Source of the DNA: Octopus sinensis
Lineage: Eukaryota
Direction: 5' to 3'
Length of the DNA: 64,000 nucleotides
Assembly: GCF_006345805.1 (NCBI RefSeq)
Contig: NC_043011.1
Location: 28,098,464 to 28,162,463 of the forward strand
Shown: positions 11,892-22,592 of the stretch, piece by piece
Layout: each line of letters starts with the position of its first letter
Numbering within the stretch: the stretch's first letter is position 1
The notes under the pieces: model-generated
Told to the model about the DNA's origin: nothing
The model's input: the letters and a program-made list of their open reading frames with translations, nothing else
Databases searched by the model: none
Translations under genes and position numbers: made by a program

Positions 11892-13479
11892 GGTTTTGAA
11901 GAGATTCAAACTCCCAGAGTACTGATTTGTATTTCATCACATTGAGCCCGGAGAAAAGAAAAGCAGTGCACTACTAACATTAATACTTCAAGTGATACAC
12001 ACGCTGTGAGTATTCTTACTATCAATTGCCCCGAAATTGTTCAAGCTCTGTCAAGTAACTTGTGCGATAGGGTTAAATTAGGAGGGATGTTGACATTGCA
12101 CATTTTAAATCTATTTTTCGAAAGCCATTTGTTTTCAGTCACGCCTCTAATACTCTTGATTAATGTATGAAAGTCACAGTACACACTTGCATTTGGAAAA
12201 TATTTCAAGACGTCAATTCATATGTGTCATCTATTTCCGCTTCATGAAATATAGTATTGATGCACGAAAATGATAATCTTCTCACCCACACATTTGAATT
12301 GAAAAAGAAATATCTAAGCTATAAAAAAAAAGGGAATAGTCAGTCAATCTGGTGCAGAGGAAAGAAATATGACAAAAAATGAAGCGGCTCATGGAAAAAA
12401 ATTGCAGAGAATACTACAAACTTGGCAGGAGATTGGAAACAATTTGAAACAGAGAAATAAAGAAAGATGGAGAGAATGAATGAAGAAATGAAGAAAATAG
12501 CAAAGAATTGTATTAAAGCATAATTGCTAAAAAAAAGTACTGGACGAAAAATATATGATTTAAAAAGTCAACATAATCTTGAAACATGTTTACCTCCATT
12601 TTCCGACGTTCTTCAGCTATATCTCTTGAGACACACAGTGTTTACAAGCGACCTATGACGATCTTATCTATTTTCTGTAGTTTAAATGATTGAGTTCTAT
12701 GTTCACACATTTTTCTAAACCCCGTATTTGTTCTATTTTACCCAATTAAGAAAAGAGAATCGAATTTGCTTAACGATAATTTTTGTTTTGTTGGAAGATG
12801 TTGTGTGTTGCTTTACTTTCAGACGTTTTCCGTGACCTGTGGCTGTTGATTAGATACCTACGTCGACGACTACATCATTATTACAGAGAGGCGAATCAAA
12901 GAAGGAATCCATTTGGCGAAGGTAGGAGTTTGCAAAGTGGTTAGTTTTGTGTGGGGCGGGGGGGGGGAGAGGTGAGATGCAATATAGATGGCGATACAGT
13001 GAGAAGGTTCAAGTAAGGTAATAGGCAACTAGCTAATTCTAGTAAGAAGATGCGATTTTTTACAATTATGTAAAACGACACACCTGAGGACCCGCCTAAC
13101 CTTTGTCTTTTCTTTCACACTCTTATTTAGAACGATGAGATATTCACGGCGGAGGTGGAAGGGTGAACATAGAACCAGGATTCCAAAACACTTAGGTATT
13201 CTATGGATATTCATGTACAAATATCATTGAAAAACCACAAAGATCTAGATATGCATAACATTAAGGAGACTGAGATGTGGTAAGTAATACCACACGAGTT
13301 CGAAAGCTAATTCAGCCGTGTGTGAAGCCTTGACCGTACATGTCAAACTGCCCAATCACACTAAGAGCACGTGTGGTGTTATGTTCTAAACGTCTGTTAT
13401 TAATATCTGCGCGCACACTCACATACACACATATACACATATACGCACATACATACACACACTCCTCTCTCTCTCTCTC

Positions 13480-13539
<60 letters not shown>

Positions 13540-13814
13540 GTGAAATAGAAAGATGAATAATCTTGTAGTAGATTAATCAAAAGTTTAACCGATACCTTAG
13601 TAGCAAAAATCACAGCAGTAAACAGCACGGTTGGAGGTACAACCATCTGGCGTTGCAACCGTGCGTTGGTGCGGATAATTGAAATTAAAACATTATTGGT
13701 GAATTGAAGAAATGGAGCTGAACGCAGATTTCGCCATGGGCTCTTAGGAGCACAGTTCGATTTGTTTTTTGCTCCGCCTCTGTTCTGGTTTTGTTTTTCC
13801 AACGGATTTCCTTT

Positions 13815-13903
13815 TTTCTTCCTGAAGAGAAAGACACAATATGGTCCCATTATTCAATCGGATTTTGGTAATTTGTGCCTTTCGAAACACGTGTAGAATG
13901 AAA
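13815..13903 (+). ncRNA. Minimal type I hammerhead ribozyme, apparently intact
   Basis: Stem I tttcttc / gaa(t)gaaa; CTGAAGA 13822-13828; 55-nt stem II closed by gaaag.cacaa / ttgtg.ctttc; GAAA 13884-13887; stem III C-ACGT-G (palindrome ACACGTGT); GUA cleavage triplet, cut after 13895. Confidence 0.85.
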
Positions 13904-13960
13904 TAAAACGATTTCTGTTCAATCTGCGTTCAGCTCCATTTCTTCAATTCACCAATAATG

Positions 13961-14000
<40 letters not shown>

Positions 14001-14277
14001 GCATATGTATATATATGCGTGTGTATGTGACATAAGCAAACTTTGGAAGCGTCGTATATGTTTGGTATTTTGGTATTTTACAGTCAAGAGAGTAAATTTC
14101 AAACGAAGTAAAGCTATGAAAAGAGTAGGAAGATTGGATTTTATCCTCATAAGACGGAAGAAGTTGCCAGCAAGCATCTCGTGGCCACCTGCTGGCAATG
14201 TGTTCCGTATTATAAGGATAAATAGTCAAACTTTCTGCTATTTTCACAGCATTACTGCGTTTAAAACTCATTGGGTG

Positions 14278-14310
<33 letters not shown>

Positions 14311-14313
<3 letters not shown>

Positions 14314-14718
14314 TCTTACTCTTTTACTCTTTTATTTGTTTCAGTCATTTGACTGCGGCCATGCTGGAGCACCGCCTTTAATCGAGCAACTCGGCCCCGG
14401 GACTTATTCTTTTGTAAGCCCAGTACTTATTCTATCGGTCTCTTTTGCCGAACCGCTAAGTAACGGGGACATAAACACACCAGCATTGGTTGTCATTGGG
14501 ACAAACACAGACACACAAACACACACACGCACATATATATATATACATATATACGACAGGCTTCTTTTCAGTTTCCGTCTACCAAATCCACTCACAAGGC
14601 TTTGGTCGGCCCGAGGCAATAGTAGAAGATACTTGCCCAAGGTGCCACGCAGTGGGACTGAACCCGGAACCATGTGGCTGGTAAACAAGCTACTTACCAC
14701 ACAGTCACTCCTGCGCCT
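14311..14718 (-). mobile_element. tRNA-derived SINE family B with internal CA/TA microsatellite
   Basis: Reverse strand aggcgcaggagtgactgtgtggtaagtagcttg...ggttccgggttcagtcccactgcgtggcaccttgggcaagt... with a tail of aaaagagt repeats. Other copies at 35357, 52385 and 55575. Confidence 0.85.
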
Positions 14719-15135
14719 TATATATAAGACAATCCAACGAATAAGGAGAACTATTTGATATCCATAGAAGCGAATCTAGCATTTCCCCATTGAATGAAAT
14801 ACATTGGGTTCGTTTTACCTCGTATAGTCTTACGCTGTTCATTGCATCTCCATGCAGTTAGCCATAACATCAATTATAATAGAGTATTTGAAAGGTACAC
14901 ACCTGGATATATGATCTCTAAATATTCACTACATATTCATATATATATATATATACATACATACATACATACATACATACATACATACATACATACATAC
15001 ATGGCTTCCTGATGTTGAAATTCCAATGAAGGAGACTTGGCTCTATGTTACAAACCGGCTCTTTCTCCGCTGGCAGCAAATCCTGAAATAAAACTGAATA
15101 GTCATGTGCACGCATGCATACATACATACAAACAA

Positions 15136-15166
<31 letters not shown>

Positions 15167-16099
15167 AGAGTAGACAAACGAAAGAAGGGAACTCAATACA
15201 TTTATCGGGAACTATATGTATAGATCAAAACAGGTTTTCAGACTCCTTGCTACTCTGTGTTCCAAGCGGGTGGCTAGTCTTCAGCCATTGGAATCTGAAT
15301 GAGAGTTCGATTGAAGAGAATCAATATTTATTACTGGACGTTAGCCTGCGATTGGTCGAAAAAGGTCACGTGCTATAGCAGTTTGATGTCGCTATTTCAT
15401 CGACAACAATTACTTGGAAAATACCGCATGCTGAACAGGAAATCGACAGCGTGGTGAACAGGAAACAGACCGCGTGTTGGACAAGGACTCGGTCGTCTGG
15501 TTGGGGTGAAGTAGAAAGAGGCGGTAGATGTGGGGGTGTAGATGTATATATTTACATGCATATGCCTATATATTTGCGTGTATGCATCCGTACATATACG
15601 AGTGTATATGTGTGCTTAGAAGTACATTAACACAACCGAGCGAATACACATATACTCACACACACACAAACACGAAGGCACACAGGCACACACATGCAGG
15701 CACATATATATACACACACACGTGTGCACACCTTTGTCTCCATGTATATATGCACACATTCACACGCACACGCACGCGTACGCACAAGTGTGCACGTGTA
15801 CATACATGGACACGCACGGGTGCACATATATATGAACGCGCACGCGTGTAATGTACGCCTGCGCACACACATCCGTGCGCATACATAGGGTGAGCAGGTG
15901 AGCATACATATGCGCACTCACGTACATGCGTGCGCATATATACACTTGTGGTCATGCACGATGTACAAGGGTTGAGTGTATGCTGATAGACAGGCATATG
16001 TAAGGTTTGGAGATTGGCGATTTGCGGTGTTTTTCATGGGTTTAATCTGTGACCTTAGTGCAGGCGGCGTTAAGGGTGGCTGGTAAAAAGGAGGTATAC

Positions 16100-17160
16100 C
16101 CGGGTTGTTGGCTGCCAGTGTCTTGAAATTTCTCAGAAGGGTGTACCTCTGGTGACAGCATCATGATACCTTATATTTCTTGTTGATGGATACTGCGGGT
16201 TGGTAGATGATATGCAGTTTTTCGTGCAGGCAGAGCAGGCAATTAGGGATGAATATGGTAGCATTCTGTCGATGATAGTCCACTTGATCCTGGGTGCTTC
16301 GTCTCGGAGGTCACAACGTCTCCAGAGAAAGAACGACAGGGAAGTGGAGTTCTCTCCATCCCTGGATCTAAATGAATGCAAATGCTGGAAATATCTTCCT
16401 TTGAAAGTCATTAGCTGTCATACCTGTGTAGTGCCTAGTAATTCCATCGTATGGTGTAAGGTTGACTCTGTATACTACAGCCCTTGAGAGTCCGGATCCC
16501 CCTAGAGAGCAGGTGGTAGTGTCTCGGAAGTTGCAAGTTGAGTTCGGGGTTTGTGTGGATGCGTTTTTACGTCCATTGATGCGTGCGATATTAGATACGA
16601 TGTTTTCTAAGCAGTAATAGCTTACTTTGACATTATGAGGTTGAAAAGTTTGTAATACTTATGGGCCAATAGAGAAATGTTTCTTTACTAACTACAGAAA
16701 ACCCCTGACTACGTTGGTAGAAACCTCTAGGTAAAATGGGAGGTTACAAACTTCTAGGTAAAATTGGCGGTTAAAATGGGAGATTATTTTCTTTTTCCTA
16801 ATTCTCTTGGGGTGAGGAGAGGGTGTTTGGGGGTTCGTCCATATACGTGAGATTCTTAGTGAGAGGGGGAGCTTGAGCTCTTGTGAATATATAACATTTC
16901 TCCATTAAGCTTCCTGTAGGGGTACTATTTGCCTGTGTTCAGGTCTAAGGTGATATCCAACAAATCGACCGTAGTCAGGTTCGTATTAACCGTTATGAAC
17001 AGGCTGAAATCTTTAAATATTTTTATCAAGTCTTTTCTCAATCTGCCCATGGCGTAGCCATTCAAATAGCTTGAGATTGCCAGGCCATTGACCCTACGGA
17101 ATGCCGACCTAGACGTATACGTCTCTTGAGGATATCCAAAATTATGTCTTATGTTGTAAG
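16100..17160 (-). mobile_element. Penelope-like element remnant (RT C-terminus + GIY-YIG endonuclease)
   Basis: Reverse frames give LRKDLIKIFKDFSLFITVNTNLTTVDLLDITLDLNTGK*YPYRK (PLE RT thumb region), AVVYRV...HYTGMT (GIY-YIG) and TFKGRYFQHLHSF...NSTSLSFFLW...IKWTII...CSAC. Many stops. Confidence 0.85.
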
Positions 17161-17619
17161 TATGGATTCCTGTCGCCGATAAAGAATTCTCGATGTTTTT
17201 GTTATTATTTTAGTATTTTCTAATTTTACTAAATATGAACTCTTTAATCTATGATTCTGCTTGTAAGATATCGAATATTTTTCTTTTTTTGCTTTCAATT
17301 TTTCTTGCAATATTATTCATGTCCTCAAGCAATAACTAGTTAATCTTGTGAACCAGGTACGTTGACAACACAGAATATGATATTGACTTCATTGATTGAT
17401 TTAATCAGAATTTTCTCTTTATGTAAGAAAGTTCATTTCAAACATTTGATTTTTTTCTGTCTATACAGTCTCTGTGTCGTGTTATTTTCAGAAATCGTTT
17501 GCACAAAGCAAAAATATTTTAACAAAATGGTTCAAAAATGAGTGGATGATGGTTTAGCATCACGTGGAAAAGTTTGTGTTTTGAACTTAGGAAAGAATTT
17601 AACCTTTTTCCGTGTGGTT

Positions 17620-17900
17620 TGCTATGATCTTCTGTATGTATTTAATTTCTTGCAGCTTTTTTCCTCGATAGATGTTAAATGTTTCTTTAGGCGACAGACA
17701 TAAGAAAATATATATGGTATAGAGATCTTTCTTCTGTATGTCCATGGCTCGGAGCTATACAAAAGAACCAATTCACAGAGTACAGGAAATATATTGATTT
17801 CCAAGAATCAGTCCAATTCGTATGTCACAATATTGGAGAGCCTTTTTCCAGCTACATATTGCCTTACCTACCATTTGACAGAAATCCTCTCTGAAACTCA
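17620..17900 (-). pseudogene. RTE-type LINE fragment
   Basis: LVLLYSSEPWTY resembles the RTE LLYGCETWT motif; otherwise degraded. Confidence 0.5.
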
Positions 17901-17997
17901 TGACACATGAATTATGTAGATCGGATTATCAAAACTGCTTTTAATAATATCGCTTAAAGCATTAGTTTGTAACTAGCAACAGACCAAGCGCTAAAGT

Positions 17998-18021
17998 CAC
18001 TATATATATATATATATATAT

Positions 18022-18074
<53 letters not shown>

Positions 18075-18093
18075 TATATACATACATATGTAT

Positions 18094-18128
<35 letters not shown>

Positions 18129-18224
18129 ACATACATACATAGGTATATACATACATATATCTATACATATATATACATACATACATATATATATATATAT
18201 ACATACATATATATATATATATAT

Positions 18225-18270
<46 letters not shown>

Positions 18271-18318
18271 CATATATATATATAACATACATACATATAT
18301 ATACATATATATATATAT

Positions 18319-18365
<47 letters not shown>

Positions 18366-18394
18366 CATACTTATATATATATATATATACATAT

Positions 18395-18427
<33 letters not shown>

Positions 18428-18438
18428 CATATATATAC

Positions 18439-18473
<35 letters not shown>

Positions 18474-18481
18474 CATACATA

Positions 18482-18522
<41 letters not shown>

Positions 18523-18552
18523 TATACATATATATATAATATATATACATAC

Positions 18553-18589
<37 letters not shown>

Positions 18590-18632
18590 CATACATATAT
18601 ATATATATATATATTTATATATATTTATATAT
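17998..18632. repeat. Compound (TA)n/(TACA)n microsatellite, ~630 bp
   Basis: Directly visible; source of the many YI/MY low-complexity ORFs. Confidence 0.95.
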
Positions 18633-18761
18633 ATATTATATTAAATTAGAGACAAAACCACTATTAGGCAAATCAAACAATGAAAAACTTAAGCCAATAC
18701 ATATGATTAATTTATATTATTTAAATATATAACAAAATTATTAAAAAAATATAATTAATAT

Positions 18762-18829
18762 CACACTACGATCGTTTCATGCCTGCTAACATCTTCAAAT
18801 TTTTGAGTCGCAGTCATTCATCAGGTGGT
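18762..18829 (-). ncRNA. Minimal type I hammerhead ribozyme (left arm of palindrome)
   Basis: Reverse strand: accac CTGATGA atgactgc...gcaggcat GAAA cgatcg TA gtgtg. Stem II 7/8 bp, palindromic ACGATCGT stem III, GUA triplet, 3-bp stem I. Confidence 0.75.
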
Positions 18830-18874
18830 TTAAAGATTTTTCTTGGCGAGGTTTAAACAATGAAAAATATTTAA

Positions 18875-18942
18875 ACCACCTGATGAACGACTGCGACTCA
18901 AAAATTTGAAGATGTTAGCAGGCATGAAACGATCGTAGTGTG
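18875..18942 (+). ncRNA. Minimal type I hammerhead ribozyme (right arm of palindrome)
   Basis: accac CTGATGA(18880-18886) acgactgc...gcaggcat GAAA(18926-18929) cgatcg TA gtgtg. One extra stem II mismatch relative to the left copy. Confidence 0.7.
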
Positions 18943-19151
18943 ATATTAATTATATTTTTTTAATAATTTTGTTATATATTTAAATAATACAAATTAATCA
19001 TATGTATTGGCTTAAGTTTTTCATTGTTTGATTTGCCTAATAGTGGTTTTGCCTCTAATTTAATATAATATAATATGTTACTATAAAATTGGATTCAATC
19101 CTAAATCTGATTTTTCCCTGTAAGTTTGGATGTATTCCTTAATATTTATTA

Positions 19152-19195
<44 letters not shown>

Positions 19196-19391
19196 ATATA
19201 TATACAGAGCAATTAAGGGTTTAGCAACGAATTGCCTCACCACACACCGAATTTAGAAATAGCAGTCAAAGAGTTATAGCTATTCTTTCTACTAAAAGGG
19301 AGATCTCAGTAAAAACACAGCACTTGAAAGGCAAACACAGACAGGTAAGAGAGAATGAAATGACGGCAATCTATCATACAATTCTAAGTCA

Positions 19392-19482
19392 CCTACGGAC
19401 GTACGTTTCGAAATCAAGTTTTAGGAAAGCATAAGAATTAGATAATTCTACCTTACCTAACTTCTTTTCTCATCAGCGTAGG
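19392..19482 (-). ncRNA. Minimal type I hammerhead ribozyme, canonical and intact
   Basis: Reverse strand: cctacg CTGATGA [60-nt hairpin gaaa..aagtt..agg.aag..agaatt-atct-aattct..ctt.cct..aactt..tttc] GAAA c GTAC g TC cgtagg. Perfect 6-bp stem I, palindromic tetraloop, GUC triplet. Confidence 0.92.
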
Positions 19483-20374
19483 ATACTACAATTATGAATA
19501 ATTGTATATTAAATTTTGAGATACTAGAAGGCATCATCTCAACTCAGTGTCAGAGCGAGCTAAAGCATTACCAGTACCACGAAATTCAAAGTGTGAATGA
19601 AAGTTTGTGTCACCAGCCCCCTTCCACCCGCGTGTAGCCAAGACAAGATGCTGTGGTCATTTACTGGGATAAAATATGGTTATCAGTAACAATAAAGGGT
19701 GAAATTAATTAATTTGGAATAATTATTAATTCCACCAAGTAGATTTCGGCATGTAAAAGACTCATTCGAGGAAAATTTAAGTAATACTAAGCAATTAAGG
19801 GTTTAGCATCTCTTTGAATAACTAATCACTTATCTGGAAAGGTCTAGAAATAAATGCTTTTATCTGGGGACTATCTCTGACCCAATGGTATTAAAAACAA
19901 TCAAAGTAAGTCTGCAACCTAATAACTTTACCCAAAATAGCACTTTGCAACTGAAGTGTTGTGAGGCAATTCGTTGCTAAACCCTTAATTGCTTAGTATT
20001 ACTTAAATTTTCCTCGAATGAGGCTTTTACATGCCGAAATCTACTTGGTGGAATTAATAATTATTCCAAATTTATTGTTACTGATAACTATATATATATA
20101 CATATATATACATACATACATATATATATATATACATACATACATATATATATATATACATACATATATATATATACATACATATATATATATATATACA
20201 TACATACATATATATATATATACATACATACATACATATATATATATACATACATATATATATATACATACATACATATATATATATATACATACATACA
20301 TACATACATACATACATACATACATTATATATATATATATATATAATATATATATATATATAATATATATATCG

Positions 20375-22265
20375 ACTAGCAGAGATACTCGGCATTGCCT
20401 GTGCGATATAGAGTTGAAGAAATAGACTTTTCTTTTATATTTTCTCTAATGAACTGGAATACCTATGATTCGAATTTCATCAAAATTGGAGATTAAGAAT
20501 TTTAATGGAGGTCCTTTCCCTCTTCACAGTCTCCAACAAAAATTCTAATTATGACATATTCATATTATACTATTCATCTTTATGCCGCGATTGCAAAATC
20601 CAAATCTTATAAAACATATTCAAAGCTTTTTGCTCCTGAAAAGTGGAGCACATGGAGTTCTAAAATGTGGGAGTTTAGGTCCCTCTTAAGGGTTAGGGCC
20701 TTAAAGTCAACCAGGAAATTTGAATTGTTAGAAATCTTTTTTTTAATTTTCAAATATTTTGAAATCGGAAATATGTGAAGGTTCACTGGGTTCCTAAAAG
20801 AGAGCAAGCTATAGGAAACCAAGAAAACGAATAATCACAACAAGCAGTCAGCTACCCTACCTCAGTCGTTACCACTGCCCAATGTAGGATTCCTCACCAT
20901 ACAGGTGACCTTCACGGACGTAAGATGCATTATGGATCTATAGCAATTGGAAGGGCATGACCCAACGGAAATAAACATTAACAACTGTGCGACGTGATGG
21001 CTAAGGGGAAATGAAAATGTCCCCTCCGGAGTTTGCCAATGATCACTAAGCCGATAGGTAACTGAATAGAGTAAATTTGCAATCTATAAATCTCTTTGAA
21101 TAACTAATCACTTATCTGGAAAGGTCTAGAAATCAATGTTTTCATCTGGAGACTATCTCTGACCCAATGGTATTAAAAAGAATCAAAGTAAGTCTGCAAC
21201 CTAATAACTTTACCCAAAATAACACTTTGCAACTGAATCAGTGGAGGCAAGGATGCCTCTCCTTTACTTGCAATTTATGCACCGCATTGCAGAAATCACA
21301 ATCTAAGTATATCTCAAAGCAAACTCTTACATTGTTGTACCACTGAATTGCAAATAACGCCCATATTGTATCCTAGGGTGACTCTACAGCTTCCAAGACT
21401 ACAATTGTATTCGTCTTGGCTTTCGAAAAATGACTAAATTGTGGGGTTTAATCCCCGATTAACAGGGCTTACTAACCTCCTAAAAAGTTGATATTTTAAG
21501 AATATTACTTTATTTGTGTCTAATATCTATGGTTAAAATTTCATCAACAGCAAAAATATATGAATTTTCATGGGGTTTATGGCCTCATTTATGCACCCCC
21601 CACTTTCTAAAATATAATGCATTACATCCGCCCTTATGTATAGAATATAATTTCCAAATATCATAAAGATCCATTCAGTACTTTTGACTTTGTTTTGGAT
21701 CATAAATAAGGACTAAACTTTGGTAGTGAAGTCCCCTATTAGGGGGTCGTAGAATTCTCACGGGAAGCAGAAACTTCGGGAATACTACTTGATTTGTGTC
21801 AATTATCTATAGTTTAAATTTCAACAACATCGAAGATTTATGAATTTTCATGGGGGTTCTGCCCCCTTTAACCTCTCTAACATTCAAACAAAACGCACAG
21901 CATTATTTCTGCCCTTATGCATTGAATCTAAGCTCCAAACATTATAAGTATCCATTCAGTAACTTTGGTCCATGAAAAATTACTAAAACTTGAGGGTTAG
22001 TCCCCATTAGGGAGTCTTAGAATCATCCAAACGAATGGAAATTTGGGGTATATTTTAAAATTTATTTCTAATGCCTATGGTTCAAATTTTATCAAAATCC
22101 CAATCATAAGAATTTTCACTTTATGACTCCTCAAAACTGTATAAAATATACGGCATTACCCTTCTCCCTAGGGTTGGATTTTGTGATCCAAATTTCATTA
22201 GGATCGGTCCAGTAGTTGTGGAGGCTATAAGTAACACACGAACACACATACATTGACTTTTATAT
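20375..22265 (-). mobile_element. Non-autonomous Helitron-like element with internal tandem subrepeats and an inserted segment
   Basis: Left end actagcagagatactcggcattgcc is the reverse of hairpin+CTAG|T. Right end ...acacatacattgacttttatattatat is the typical head. About three ~275-bp diverged units at 21470-22200; 20800-21410 looks foreign. Confidence 0.55.
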
Positions 22266-22277
22266 TATATCATATTA

Positions 22278-22592
22278 TACGAGCAAAACGCACCTTCCGT
22301 CCAATGGACGGTGCTGGGTTGTCAAACATTTAAACCAAATTTTCTCAAAATGAATTGTCCGTGCATTTTTCTCGCGTACGCATAGCTGAAGTACTTGCGC
22401 GTACAAATGCACGTTCCCACGGCTTTATCGATTCTATTCTTACCTGGAATCGATTTTTGTAATTTTTTCAAAACCTATACACGCCCTGATACAGTCGGTA
22501 TCTACATATCAAATTTGAGCGCAATCGGATGGAGGATGCTCGAGATCCTAGAAGACACAGACACATACACAGAACGGATTTTATATATATTA
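22278..22592 (-). mobile_element. Short non-autonomous Helitron-like element
   Basis: GC hairpin ccgtcca-a-tggacgg near the left end; caaatttgagcgcaatcggatg...acacagaacggattttatatatattag at the right end (Lep1-like organisation). Confidence 0.55.

Larger units (their letters stand above)
18633..19071. repeat. 210-bp-arm inverted repeat with 19-bp spacer
   Basis: 18633-18842 is the reverse complement of 18862-19071 with about 4 mismatches; spacer ttggcgaggtttaaacaat. Confidence 0.95.

Noticed and set aside
15215-15290. Minus-strand CTGAAGA...GAAA near the Penelope remnant
   Set aside because: The only stem overlaps the core and no stem I partner exists; at best a heavily decayed motif.
17954-18592. 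Long ORFs of YI/MY, HT, CV, poly-I/L/Y/N/S here and throughout the ORF track
   Set aside because: They are translations of TA, TATG, CA, TAGA and AAT microsatellites, not genes.
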